A DNA stretch of 64,000 nucleotides from an uncultured Chloroflexia bacterium (GCA_963810095.1 CAWEMM010000012.1:1-64000); one strand, 5' to 3'. Positions 1 to 10,907 are shown, counted from the first letter of the stretch. Notes: generated from the letters alone by a model not told the origin. A program made the numbers and translations.

Positions 1-91
1 CAGTCGTGTGCGATGCGACGCGCCGGGACTGCGTCGCGCTTCGTGTCCGGAGCTTGCGATGAAGGACGAAGCGCGACGCTGGCCGTACGGT

Positions 92-322
92 CTAGCGCAG
101 CAGCCCAACGCCGTTGCGGCGCCCAACGCCAACTCCGCCAACCGGGCCGGGGGGATTCGGACCGCGGCCGATCCCGCCCACCGGTCCCGGCGGATTTCCA
201 CGTCCGATGCCGCCAACTGGGCCAGGGGGGTTCGGCCCGCGGCCAATGCCCCCAACGGGTCCTGGGGGATTTCCTCTGCCAATGCCGCCTACTGGGCCTG
301 GAGGATTCGGTCCTCTTCTCAT
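92..322 (-). CDS. Small Gly/Pro-rich tandem-repeat protein ([GP]NPPGPVGGIGRG x5)
   Basis: ATG at 322 overlaps the TGA of the upstream gene (ATGA), with GAGGAGG before it; five in-frame repeat units. Confidence 0.55.
   Translation of the reverse strand: MRRGPNPPGPVGGIGRGNPPGPVGGIGRGPNPPGPVGGIGRGNPPGPVGGIGRGPNPPGPVGGVGVGRRNGVGLLR
130..315. repeat. Tandem repeat, five alternating 39/36-bp units
   Basis: Recurrent ccaatgccgcc(n)ac(n)gg(n)cc...ggggatt units, varying mostly at third codon positions of the minus-strand frame. Confidence 0.85.
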
Positions 323-803
323 GATGCTGCCTCCTCTTCTGCTTCTGCACCCTCTGCTTCTGCAGCCTCTGCTTCGCACCCTCTGCTTCCAGTGCCTGTA
401 TGAACTCCTCGACGACTTCAGGAGCGATCTGTGCGCGCTCCACCATCTGACCGCCGGCTTCTACGATGGCTTCGCGGAGGTTGGCCATCCAGAGGTTCTC
501 CCACAGGAAGAGCACGGCGCCCGAGCCGTTCGGGAGCTTGCCCGCGGCAATCTCCAGGTCATCGTTGGTGAACAGGCTGGACACGTGCTCGCCCAGGGGG
601 ACGAACAGCTCGTACAACTCGGGCTCGAGGTCGTTGAGCTCGAGGGTAGACGTGGCCCCGTCTTGGTCCTTCTGGATGACTACGATGTCCACAAAGCGGA
701 CAATCCCGCGCTCCGCCAGATCCAGGAGCTCGGGGATCACCTTGCCCGTAGGCTTCGCGTCGGGAAACGCGATCAGGGCGTATTCAAGTGGAAGATCGAA
801 CAT
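319..803 (-). CDS. DUF6325-like protein, paralog of 7210..7650 (1-bp indel near 376; absent from the ORF track)
   Basis: Manual translation MFDLPLEYALIAFPDAKPTGKVIPELLDLAERGIVRFVDIVVIQKDQDG...LWENLWMANLREAIVEAGGQMVERAQIAPEVVEEF aligns with the 7210..7650 product; AAGGAG RBS; restoring one base gives an acidic tail ending at TGA 319-321. Confidence 0.8.
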
Positions 804-906
804 TGTCTGACTCCTTTGGTCAATGCCCGCCGGGGCGCAATCAGTCCCGTCAGGCGTATGTGGCTGCTGCCGCTCACAGGGGCGTGGCTTCCAACGACAG
901 GTTAGC

Positions 907-2016
907 TCACGCCTGTACCTCAGGTTCCTCTTCTGGCTTCGGGGCGGCCCTGGCCTTCGCGAGCCAGCCTTTGGCCTGCTCCATCGCCTGCTCCCGTTCC
1001 TCTTTCTTCTCCTCGCCAGTATACCGCATCAGTATCGCCAACGTGCGCGTGCCGTCGACATTCTCCATGATCGTCAGAAGCAGCACCGTGAGCGGGGTGG
1101 CCAGGATGGCGCCGATCCCTCCCAGCAGGAAACCCCAGACGAACAGCCCGACGAACACCACCAGGGGATTGATCCTCAAGCCCTGGCCCATCATCTTGGG
1201 CTGGATGAAGTTCTGCACGCCGCCGTTGATCACGATGTAGCCGACGAGGACAATCAGAGCCGTGCCGAGGCCAAACTGCGCGTACGCCATGAGGACCGGC
1301 GGGATCAGTGCGATGATGAAACCGATCGATGGAATGTAGCCCATGAACCAGGCCAGCAACCCCCACAGCAGAGCGTAATCTACCCCCAGGACCATGAGGA
1401 ACACGGTATCGCCAAGCCCCACCAGAAGGTTGATGACGGTGAGGATGCTCATGTAGTGGCGGATGTCCGCGGTTAGCGTGCTGATGCGGCCGATGACCGG
1501 CGCACGCGGGTCGAGGCCCAGGCGTGTGGCGCCCGGAAGCGCTATGGCCGCGCTGATCATGAAGAAGAAGATGAACAGGGCCATCCCAAATTGGACCAGC
1601 AGATTGAGAGTCGTGCTGATTGCGCCCTGAACGAGCGGCCCTAATTGGAGCGTGAATTCCGTGGTCGCTGCAGTTGCCGAACCGGTGGCTGCGGACATAT
1701 CCGTGGCTGCCGTTGCGCTGGCGTCGGCCAGGTAGGCCGGTAGCTCGACCGCAAGCTTGCTCACGGAGAAGAAGACAGTGGCGATTACCAGCGCCAGCAA
1801 CACCACCACCACCAGGATGGTTAGCACCAGTGCCAACCAGCCCGGCACCCCCCGCGCGTGCAAGCGGCCCGGAATTGGGAGCACGGTAATGGTTATCACG
1901 GCCGCCAACAAGATCGGATTAAGAATGGACGCTGCCGCCTGGATACCGAACATGATGATGAATATGCTGGCAGCGCCAACGAGGTAGATTACCAGACGAC
2001 CGGCTTGCTTGTTCAT
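907..2016 (-). CDS. AI-2E family transporter
   Basis: Multi-TM protein with GYIPSIG, NFIQPKMMG and WGFLLGGIGAILATPLT motifs. Confidence 0.9.
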   Translation of the reverse strand: MNKQAGRLVIYLVGAASIFIIMFGIQAAASILNPILLAAVITITVLPIPGRLHARGVPGWLALVLTILVVVVLLALVIATVFFSVSKLAVELPAYLADASATAATDMSAATGSATAATTEFTLQLGPLVQGAISTTLNLLVQFGMALFIFFFMISAAIALPGATRLGLDPRAPVIGRISTLTADIRHYMSILTVINLLVGLGDTVFLMVLGVDYALLWGLLAWFMGYIPSIGFIIALIPPVLMAYAQFGLGTALIVLVGYIVINGGVQNFIQPKMMGQGLRINPLVVFVGLFVWGFLLGGIGAILATPLTVLLLTIMENVDGTRTLAILMRYTGEEKKEEREQAMEQAKGWLAKARAAPKPEEEPEVQA

Positions 2017-2154
2017 GTCCTGACGCTCCCGGAAGAGCATGTGCTGGCAACTGGTACGGGGCCAGTATTGCCAGCACACACTTGATGAATGGGCCGCCCC
2101 GAGGCGCCTGGCCCTGACAGCCATGGACTCACTGCAGCCGGGTCAGGCGCAGAC

Positions 2155-3297
2155 TCAGTCAAGCGGGATGAGCGCCTCGGCCCACCAGGCGGGCGGCGGC
2201 ACTGCGACAGGCTGGAAAGCCGCACGCTGCTTGCCCGGCGTCGGAGGCAGTTGATCGAATTGCTTTGCCTGGCGGGCGATCACGGCTTCCTTCGTCACGT
2301 TGAACACCGTCAGGTCCTGGGTCTGGACGACGGGGCCCTTGTAGAGGCCGCCAAGCTCCGAGAAGATCATCTGGATGACCTGGGGCGAGAGCAGCGTATG
2401 GTATAGACCGGCCACCCGCGGCTTGGCCAGGTTGAAGACCCTTGCGGCAGCTTGGGGCGAGGTGTGGGCGGCATTGAGGGCGATCGTCGCCCGTTCGATG
2501 GAGAGCCCCGAGGCGGCCGCGAGCGCCGCCGCCGGCGGGAAGCACTCGTGAATGAGCAGGTCGACGCCTGCGCAGGCGCGCACCAGCGGCCAAGAGGCGC
2601 GCGCGTCGCCCGAGAAGCCAAACGACAACCCGGCGAAATCGAGGCGGTAGCCGACTGCGCCGCCGATTGCGTGGACGACCGGGAACGACGTCACCTGCAC
2701 GCCGTTCGCGTCGTAGACGACCTGGGTCTTGCTGAAATCGTGCTCGCAGACCTCGATCCGCATGCTGTCCGGGTTCATGGCGCCGTGGCCGGCCGCGGTG
2801 TCCCACGCCAGCGCCTCCTCGATCGCCTCGACGAAGTGCTTCGTGCCCAGGCGCGGTTCGGTCCCGCTGGGACCCCACACATAGACCGGCCCGTCGGCCC
2901 GCCCCACCTTCGACCAGCTGCCCGAGAGCGTGAGCAGGTCGCTCGTATGGTCGGCGTGCAGGTGGGTGAAGAACACTTTGTTGAGCGCGTTGACCGGCAG
3001 CTTCAGACTCGCGTAGTTCGCCAGCGAGCCGCTCCCGAGGTCGAAGACCAGGATATCGCGTTCCGCGTTGCCGACTTCGACCAGGATGCTGGCCGAGGCT
3101 TGCGCGCGTGTATTCCAGGGATTGCCGCTGCCAAGCACCGTCACCCGCAGCTCGCCGTCCTCGAGCGCTTCTTGGCCCGGGACGAACATCTCGGCGTACG
3201 CCCGATGCGGCGTGCCGACAATCGGAGTCAAGGTGATCGCCTTCGTGCCGCCGGCGAATGCCGGCAATGGCAAGGACGTGGGATCGCTGTTGGTCAT
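2155..3297 (-). CDS. MBL-fold metallo-hydrolase, RNase Z/arylsulfatase-like
   Basis: VLGSG, FDLGSG, THLHADH, SGD, IHE and HT motifs; GGAGGAG RBS. Confidence 0.85.
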   Translation of the reverse strand: MTNSDPTSLPLPAFAGGTKAITLTPIVGTPHRAYAEMFVPGQEALEDGELRVTVLGSGNPWNTRAQASASILVEVGNAERDILVFDLGSGSLANYASLKLPVNALNKVFFTHLHADHTSDLLTLSGSWSKVGRADGPVYVWGPSGTEPRLGTKHFVEAIEEALAWDTAAGHGAMNPDSMRIEVCEHDFSKTQVVYDANGVQVTSFPVVHAIGGAVGYRLDFAGLSFGFSGDARASWPLVRACAGVDLLIHECFPPAAALAAASGLSIERATIALNAAHTSPQAAARVFNLAKPRVAGLYHTLLSPQVIQMIFSELGGLYKGPVVQTQDLTVFNVTKEAVIARQAKQFDQLPPTPGKQRAAFQPVAVPPPAWWAEALIPLD

Positions 3298-3328
3298 GTT
3301 GTCTCCTCCCGCTTCAATCTCCTTGCCG

Positions 3329-4605
3329 TTACTGCGCCGGCGCCGCGCCGCCATTCTTGAACAGCATCCGCTGCTCGCCGCCGGCCGTCTCGAGCGCCAG
3401 GTTGCCCTGGCCGTCGGGCCCGCCCGCTGCGATCGAGCTCAACAACTGAAGGTACTGCTGGTCCATCGAGCCCTCGGGGCAGGCCGCCATGGTCGACGCG
3501 CCGAGCTTAATGGAGAAGCCGGAATCCTGAGAGTACGTGCCCGTGAAGTTGTTGCAGTCGGCCTTGCCGCTCAGCGTGCCGTCCTTCCGGAAGGTGATGG
3601 TGTACTTCTCGGGGGTGGTCACGGTCGTCGTCTCACCGGTCGTCTTGTTGGAGACGCTCGTCCACTGCCAGACGATATCGGTGATCTCGTTGCTTGGCGC
3701 TGCAGTCGGCGCTGGCGCGGCTGGCGCGGCCGCGCCGCCGTTCTTGAACAGCATCCGCTGCTCGCCGCCGGCCGTCTCGAGCGCCAGGTTGCCCTGGCCG
3801 TCGGGCCCGCCCGCTGCGATCGAGCTCAACAACTGAAGGTACTGCTGTTCCATCGAGCCCTCGGGGCAGGCCGCCATGGTCGACGCGCCGAGCTTAATGG
3901 AGAAGCCGGAATCCTGAGAGTACGTGCCCGTGAAGTTGTTGCAGTCGGCCTTGCCGCTCAGCGTGCCATCCGCCCGGAAGGTGATGGTGTACTTCTCGGG
4001 GGTGGTCACGGTCGTCGTCTCACCGGTCGTCTTGTTGGAGACGCTCGTCCACTGCCAGACGATGTCGGTGATCGAGTTGCTCGGCGCCGCAGTCGGCGCT
4101 GGCGCGGCTGGCGCGGCCGCGCCGCCGTTCTTGAACACATCCGCTGCTCGCCGCCCGCCGTCTCCAGCGCAAGACCCCCCGAGCCATCCGGACCACCGGC
4201 GACGATATCCTTCAACAGGCCGATGTACTGCTGGTCGAGCGAATCTCCGCCGCAGGCGGCCATCACGTCGGGCGTCACGGTCATGGAGAAGCCGGAAGCC
4301 TGAGAATAGGTCCCCTTGAACGTGTTGCAGTCGGCCTTGCCGCTCAGCGTGCCATCCGCCCGGAAGGTGATGGTGTACTTCTCGGGCGTCGACACCGTCG
4401 TCGTCTCACCGGTCGTCTTGTTGGCGACGCTCGTCCACTGCCAGACGATGTCGGTGATCGAGTTGCTCGGCGCCGCAGTCGGCGCCACAGCAGGCGCCGT
4501 AGTCGGTGCGGCGGTGGGCGGCGGAATCGGCGCACAGGCCGCCGCCGCGATGAGCAGAATGGCAAGCCCTGCCAGCAACAGGGGCGAAGGGGTGAGCTTA
4601 GTCAT
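3329..4605 (-). CDS. Lipoprotein with three META (HslJ-like) domains (1-bp indel near 4138)
   Basis: Lipobox-like LIAAAAC, Ala/Pro/Thr linkers, three domains with WQW...YTITF...GKADCN...MAAC. Confidence 0.85.
3354..4480. repeat. Direct repeat with 387-bp period, three copies (META domains)
   Basis: ttcttgaaca occurs at 3354, 3741 and 4128; the first two copies are nearly identical. Confidence 0.95.
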
Positions 4606-6352
4606 GGCTTTCCTCGTTTCTTTTTGCTTCAATCCTACGAACGGCGGCATCCACGGTCGGGAACACGTTGTCTTCGCCAAGGGCTTCCAGCAGTCCCGTC
4701 TGGCGGCCGTACTCCAGCACCGGTGCGTGCACTTCTGCCACGTACACAGCGATGCCCTTCGCGTGCAGTTCTTTGAACAGACCCTTAAGGACGTCGGTGC
4801 CTGTCACATCGATCTGATCTTGAGAGGCAGCGTCCAGGATCACAGCACGGGGAGGCGCCTCCATCTCGGCGATCATGGCTTTCACCCGATCCCTGACGGT
4901 TAATGCATTGGCGTAGTACAACTGCCCATCAAGACGGACGATCAGGACTCCGGGTACGCGCGTGTTTTCAGGGTGCCGGGTCAGGTCCGAGTAGGCACCG
5001 GGAACGCCGGGCACGCGCCCCAGCGACGACACATGCGGCCGGCTGGTCTTGTAGACCACAAATACCAGCGAGGCCACCACCCCGATGATCATACCCTCCA
5101 GAACGTCGACGAACAACACGCCGAGCAACGCCAGCGCGCCAAACCAGAACTCGACGCGCGATGCCAGGCGGAGTTTCTGGAGCTTGCGAGAGGCGATGAT
5201 GTGCCAGACGGCATGGATGATCAATGCGGCCAGCACGGACTCAGGCAATGTCGTAAATAGAGGCGTCAGGAAGAGTACGGTGACGATCGTGACGACCCAG
5301 GTCACCAGGTTCGTCACCTGGGAGCGGGCGCCCGCCCCTTCTTTGACGGCCGAGGCCGACATGCTGCCGGCCGCAATCATGCCGCCGAACAGGGCACTCA
5401 CCACGTTGGCCACGGCATGGGCGTTCAGTTCCTGGTTCGCGTCGACCTCGTAGCCGTGCTTTTCGGCAAACTCGTGCGCCACGCCCAGGGCCTCGCTGTA
5501 GGCCACCAACAATACGCCCATGGCCGGCAGCACCATGGCCAGATAGGTCGAGAACGGCACCGCCGGGAAGGTCAGCGTTGGCAGCCCCTGCGGCAGCGTG
5601 CCCACGATCTCGACGCCATACTTGCCGTGGAGATCCAGCGCCGCGCTCAGCGCGATCGCGCCGAACAGCACGACGAGGCCGGCCGGGATCTTCTTGTTCC
5701 AGCGCGGCAGCAGGAAGAGCACTGCCAGTGCGAGGGCTCCAGCGGCAAAGGCAGCCCAGTTAGCCTGCGGCAGCTCCTTGATGATCCCCAGCAGCTTCTC
5801 CACCGTGTTGCCCTCGGGTTTTTCCACGCCGAAGAGCTTGTTGAGCTGGCCCACAGCCACGAAGAGAGCCAGGCCGGTCACGAAGCCGTCCATCACCGGC
5901 TTGGAGAGGAACTGCGTGATGAAACCCAGCCGCGCCAGCCCGGCCGCCAGAAAGACCAACCCGGTGACCAGCACGAAGGCCGATGCGTAGAGCTGATAGC
6001 TTTCCGGATCCGAGGCGACAGCCGCGGCCGAAGCCACCAGCGCCGCCGCCACTGCTGAAGCGAGGAGCGCGGCCGTCGCCGAGGTGGCCTGGACCACCAG
6101 GTGGCGCGACGTGCCGAACACGGCATAGACGAGCAGGGCAGCCAGCAGCGTGTAGAGCCCCGCCTGCGGCGGCAGGCCGGCAATGCCCGCATAGGCCATC
6201 GCCTCTGGCACCGCCAGCCCCCACAGCGTGAGTCCGGCGATGACGTCGACGGTCAGCCAGGAGCGGTCATAGCGCGGCAGCCAGGACAGGATGGGGATAA
6301 ACCGACTGATGCCGGTGGTTTTCTCCTCAGTGGGGACGGCGGCGGTCGTCAT
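4598..6352 (-). CDS. SulP family anion transporter with STAS domain
   Basis: DVIAGLT...VPEAMAYAGIAGLPPQAGLY and DANQEL motifs; C-terminal STAS domain. Confidence 0.95.
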   Translation of the reverse strand: MTTAAVPTEEKTTGISRFIPILSWLPRYDRSWLTVDVIAGLTLWGLAVPEAMAYAGIAGLPPQAGLYTLLAALLVYAVFGTSRHLVVQATSATAALLASAVAAALVASAAAVASDPESYQLYASAFVLVTGLVFLAAGLARLGFITQFLSKPVMDGFVTGLALFVAVGQLNKLFGVEKPEGNTVEKLLGIIKELPQANWAAFAAGALALAVLFLLPRWNKKIPAGLVVLFGAIALSAALDLHGKYGVEIVGTLPQGLPTLTFPAVPFSTYLAMVLPAMGVLLVAYSEALGVAHEFAEKHGYEVDANQELNAHAVANVVSALFGGMIAAGSMSASAVKEGAGARSQVTNLVTWVVTIVTVLFLTPLFTTLPESVLAALIIHAVWHIIASRKLQKLRLASRVEFWFGALALLGVLFVDVLEGMIIGVVASLVFVVYKTSRPHVSSLGRVPGVPGAYSDLTRHPENTRVPGVLIVRLDGQLYYANALTVRDRVKAMIAEMEAPPRAVILDAASQDQIDVTGTDVLKGLFKELHAKGIAVYVAEVHAPVLEYGRQTGLLEALGEDNVFPTVDAAVRRIEAKRNEESHD

Positions 6353-6379
6353 CGCGATCTCCCTTTAGTCGAACACATC

Positions 6380-6667
6380 CTAGCGTCTGTAGCCGAGCCG
6401 GTCGCGATTTCCGTAAGCCCCGCCCGAGTAGCTGCCAATGTCCGCAAAGAGGGCCAGGCCCAGCCAGAGCCAATCCAATCCAACGATGCCGCCCGGCGAG
6501 ACGATGACGTACATCAAGGTCAACCACGGCACGAAAATCAGTCCCAGCACGGGCCAGAGCCACGAGCCGTTAAAGGCTGCGGTCCAGCGCGCGGGCTGGA
6601 TCAGCCACCATAGCAGGCCGGCGAACCGCGGCCCGAGCACCACGAGAGCCGTAAACGCGCAGCACAT
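6380..6667 (-). CDS. Small membrane protein, hypothetical
   Basis: 95 aa, about three hydrophobic segments; AGGAGG RBS. Confidence 0.75.
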   Translation of the reverse strand: MCCAFTALVVLGPRFAGLLWWLIQPARWTAAFNGSWLWPVLGLIFVPWLTLMYVIVSPGGIVGLDWLWLGLALFADIGSYSGGAYGNRDRLGYRR

Positions 6668-6801
6668 TTGAGATTCCTCCTAGTTCTGTTGTGGGATTGC
6701 TTCCTGCGGTTGCTAAGAAAGCCCACCCGGTCTGGCCCCGCAGCAAGGGGTACTTGCGTGCGCCGGCCAGAGGCGGGTGGGTGACTTCGACGCCGCATCC
6801 C

Positions 6802-7143
6802 TTACCCGGAGATGAGCTTCTGCTTGGCCGCGGCGAACTCTGCGTCGCTAAGGACGCCGGCCGTGTGCAGCTGTGCCAACTGTTGCAGTTGAGCTGTCAG
6901 GTCAGGTGCGGCGGCTGCGGCGGCGGGCGCCGGCGCCGGCGCAGCTTCTGCAGGCGCCTGCACGTACACCACCTGCGGTTGCGCGGGTGCAGCCTGCTGG
7001 GCGTACATCTGCTGTTGCTCGTAGTCGTTCCGCGCATACTTCTGCTGTTGATGATGACGGACAGCGCCTGCGGTCCCTGCGACTACTGCCGTCGTGGCCA
7101 CAACGCCCGCGGCACGCACGAGCGGTCTTCGTCTTCGTAACAT
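6802..7143 (-). CDS. SHOCT domain protein
   Basis: C-terminal LQQLAQLHTAGVLSDAEFAAAKQKL; N-terminal ATTAVVAGTA; GGAGG RBS. Confidence 0.85.
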   Translation of the reverse strand: MLRRRRPLVRAAGVVATTAVVAGTAGAVRHHQQQKYARNDYEQQQMYAQQAAPAQPQVVYVQAPAEAAPAPAPAAAAAAPDLTAQLQQLAQLHTAGVLSDAEFAAAKQKLISG

Positions 7144-7209
7144 CTGATCCTCCAATGATCGATTGGCTCCGGCATTCGCTCTGCCTGGAGCATTGGCCGA
7201 GCCGTGTTC

Positions 7210-7650
7210 CTACGCCGCGGTCGCGGCCAGCGCCTCGATGTCGGCCAGCGCTTCTTCCACGACCTCGTGTGGAATGCGCTCGAACATGACCAGCCGGCCG
7301 TTGGCATCCATCATCGCCTGCTTCGTCTTCTTCGCCCACAGGTTCTCGATCAGCAGAAGCCCCGCGGTGCTGTTGTCGGCGAGCTTCTCCGCGATCATGT
7401 CGATGTCGCTCTCAGTAATCATCTGGTTGGCTTCAGCCTTCAACGGGTTGAAGACCTCCATGTGCGTCGGATCGAGCTCGCGCAGCTCGCGAACGGTCAC
7501 CTGGCCATCCTGGTCTTTCGTGATTATGACCAGGTCGATGATGCGGATGACCTCCTTGTCGGCCAGCTCAAACAGGTCGGGCAGGATTTCACCCTTGAAT
7601 CGGTTGCCGGGGAACTCCAATGCGATGAAGTCGATGGGTCCTAGGGTCAT
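7210..7650 (-). CDS. DUF6325-like protein
   Basis: GPIDFIALEFPGNRFKGEI...IRIIDL...ENLWA...ERIP pattern. Confidence 0.8.
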   Translation of the reverse strand: MTLGPIDFIALEFPGNRFKGEILPDLFELADKEVIRIIDLVIITKDQDGQVTVRELRELDPTHMEVFNPLKAEANQMITESDIDMIAEKLADNSTAGLLLIENLWAKKTKQAMMDANGRLVMFERIPHEVVEEALADIEALAATAA

Positions 7651-7686
7651 AGGATCTCTCCTTGTGAAGATGCGTCTAAAGACGCG

Positions 7687-7947
7687 TCACTCGGTGGACA
7701 AGCACTCCACCGACACGACTGTCAGATGCAGACGAATAAGCGTGTCGAGCACGCCCGCCAACGCGGCCTGATCGGCAAGCTCGCCCAGAAGAGTGGTCCT
7801 GGGCGGCATACCTTCCGCTGACCACTCCGTGACGCCCATGCCTTCCAGGCGATCGCGCCAATTTGGCGGAATACGGCCCTTCACGCTGATCCGGTACATC
7901 GCGGGACCATCAAACCCAGAACTGGCGGCAGGTGGTACAGCTTTCAT
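7687..7947 (-). CDS. Small hypothetical protein (YRISVKG...TTLLGELADQAALAGVL type)
   Basis: 86-aa ORF directly downstream of the MalT-like gene and on the same strand as the cluster. Confidence 0.7.
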   Translation of the reverse strand: MKAVPPAASSGFDGPAMYRISVKGRIPPNWRDRLEGMGVTEWSAEGMPPRTTLLGELADQAALAGVLDTLIRLHLTVVSVECLSTE

Positions 7948-8034
7948 ATCGCGAATTTACTGCAATCACCACTGGAGCGATACACGCCAAAGGATGTAGA
8001 TTAGGGTGTACAACGCCGTATCTCGGCGTAGTGT

Positions 8035-10907
8035 TTAGCGAGGAGGAAGGATCTTTAGGCTTTCGGCCTTGAAGACTGCCTCCCGGCGACTGTTGACGCC
8101 GAGCTTGCCGTAAAGGTTGACCGTGTGACGCTTCACGGTCGTCGTCGAAAGGCACAACTGCTTAGCGATCTCTTGGTTGGTCAAATGCTCGCGCAAAAGC
8201 GCCAGGACCTCGAGCTCGCGGCGAGACAGTGGTTCGACGAGCGCGGCGTTGGCGGCCCGTGACTCGGACGCGGAATTGCTCGTCTCGGTTTGCTGCGAGG
8301 GCCCGGGGAATGCCGCCACGATCCGGCGGATGGTCTCAAGCGCTCCACCTTGCACAGCAAGGTGCCCTTGCACAGCAACTTGCCCTCGCCCGGCCAGAGT
8401 GCTTCCCTGGGTGAGGCGGAGCAGCATGGCTCGCATCGGCGCTCCGAGATCGACGAAAACCTGGACGAAACCGCCGGGCCGCGCAAGTTCCACCGCTTTC
8501 TGCAACGCAGCGAGCCCATCGGCGTCTCCGCCATCCGGAGCATGGCGCCCATGCGTAGACAAGGCGCCCTTGCCTGTCGAGGGCCAGTGCGCGCAGGGCC
8601 AGAACCTCGATCTGGGAACGGACGCTGAAGGTGCGCTCGGCGCCCTCGAGCAGCACGTCGAGGATGTCAAGCGCCGACTGCACGTCCGCGTCCGTGCCTC
8701 TCTCCAGGAGGATCCGGGCCTTCGCCAGGTGCGGGTTCTGCAACCAGAGCAGCGACCGGACGACCACTGGGGCCGTGAAACCATCCGCCCAGCGGAAGGC
8801 CGATTCGGTGTCACCTTGCAGATACTCCAGTTGCGCGCGCAGCGGAACGCGCATCCTCGCCGGCCTGTCGGAGGCGATCCAGATCAAATTGACTGAGCAA
8901 CTCCATGACCTGGGCGGCTGCGCCTAGGTCTCCCTGGGCCATACGCACCCGCGCCAGGCCGATCATGCCATTTCGTGCGGCCTGCGTGTGGACCGAGAGA
9001 CGCTGAGCGACCAGTTCCCCAAAGTGCTGCTCGGCTGCATCCAGCTCATTCCGGCTGTAGTGTACGACTCCGAGAAAGTAGTGCGAAAACCCGACGGCCT
9101 GCGGCAGCCGCCCAGCCGTCGCCTGATCCAGCAGCACATCACCAAACTGCTCAGCCTGCTCGAGATCGCCGGCTTCGAGGGCGTTGAAGCATGCAGCAAA
9201 CAGCAGACGCGGCGCGTATGTGTCCGCTTTCTCGAGCAGACCCGCGTACTCGTCGATCAGTCTGCGCCGGGCGTCGTTGCCGCGGCCGATCGCCTGCATG
9301 GCCATGCCCCAGTACTGGACCGCAACGCCACGGACGTATCTCCAGCGATGCGGGACCAACGCAAGCGCCTCCTCGCTGTAGGCGACCGCGCGCTCGGCCT
9401 GGCCACTGACGAACGCTTTTTGGCCGCGCAAGGTCGCGACGATGCTGCGCGGCGCCGAGAGATCCTGCGCGCCAATCCAGCGCATCGTCGCCGTGCCGGT
9501 CCCAGGCACTGGATCCTCTCCCTTGTCCAGCAGCGCGTCGATCTGGTCCAGCAGCTTGTACTGGGCGGCGAGCTGCCAGGAAAACCCGACTGCAACGGCC
9601 TTGATCGTCAGGAGCCAGGGCTGATGCTGGATGAAATCATCCGGAAGCAGGCGCAGCCAGCGCTCCAAAGTGACCCGATCCTCCCGATTGAGCACATCGC
9701 ACATCCCGGCTACCATCAGTTCGGCAGCCAGGCCCAGGTCGTCGATGGCCATGGCGTGGCGGATGGCTTCGTCGATCAAGCCCCGTTGCTGGAACCAGGC
9801 TGCTGCCTTGCGGTGGAGAGCACTCACCTGCTCGGGGTCGGTTACGTCCAGCAGTCTGCGCTGGAGCAGTTCCTGGAACAAGTGGTGGTAACGGTACCAT
9901 TGCCGGTGGTCGTCGAGGGGAATCAAAAAGAGGTTGTGGCGCTCGAGCCACTGAATGCACGCAAGGACGTCAGATGCAGAACCGTCGGGGCCGGCGGTGC
10001 TGCCGATCACATATTCGCACAGCGGGGCGCAGAACCGGTCCAGGATGGAGGTTGCCTGCAGGAATCTCAGGATGGCAGGCGTCTGGCGGGCCATGACTTC
10101 GTCGACGAGGTAGTCGGCAATCTCGAAATGGGTCCCCGATAGGTCGGCCAGGTCATGCTCCGCATCAGCACCGGCGTCGAGCGACAGGGTCACCAGGCGC
10201 AGGCCGGCAATCCAGCCCTCCAGGCGCTCTTGGAGCATGGCTATCGTGGATTCGCTGACCGGCGACCGCAGCACCTTGCTTAGGAACTCGACCGATTCTT
10301 CCGGCCCAAATCGGAGATCGCGGGTCCGGATCTCGGTGACCTGGCCGCTGGCGCGCAGCTTCGCCAACGGCAGGGGCGGATTGCTCCGCGAAATCAGCAC
10401 CAGGTGCAGTTGTGCCGGCCAATGGCGGAGCAGTGCACTCAGGAAGTCGTGCACCGCCGCGTCTTGAATTGTGTGGTAGTCATCCAGCACTAAGACGCAG
10501 CGCGCCGGCAGTCGCTCGCAGTCGCTACAGAGCGCAATCATCAGCGGCATCTGAGATACCGGTTGCAATGCCTGGAGCAACGTGAGGGTTTCGGTGCACG
10601 AATCGGGGAAGACGGTGCGGATCGCGGCCACGCAGTAACGCAGGAAGACCACCAGGTCGCTGTCGCTCTCATCCAGCGAGACCCAGGCCGCGCGTGCCGG
10701 CTGTCGCTGGCTCGCGGCCAGGCTGTCAATCCACGAACTGACCAGCGTGGTTTTGCCGAAGCCGGCCGAGGCACAGACCAGGGTTAAGGGACCCTGCTGC
10801 AGGCTCTGATTCAGCTGCTCGACGAGCCGGGGGCGGTCAACCCAATCGGCCGGCACGGGCGGCCGGGACAACTTCGTAAACAACAGGCTAGAAGTCTGCG
10901 GCGACAT
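8035..10907 (-). CDS. MalT-like ATP-dependent LuxR-family regulator (indels near 8560-8850)
   Basis: TKLSRP, Walker A ASAGFGKTT, LVLDDYH, EGWIAGL, WYRYHHLF; C-terminal LuxR HTH (LSRRELEVL...TVKRHTVNLYGKLGV) in another frame. Confidence 0.9.

Noticed and set aside
130-315. Possible CRISPR array
   Set aside because: The units are contiguous codon-phased repeats with no unique spacers, and no cas genes are present.
114-905. Plus-strand 263-aa ORF with PPTGPGGF repeats
   Set aside because: It is the antisense shadow of the DUF6325-like gene and the repeat peptide, which have RBSs and match the cluster orientation.
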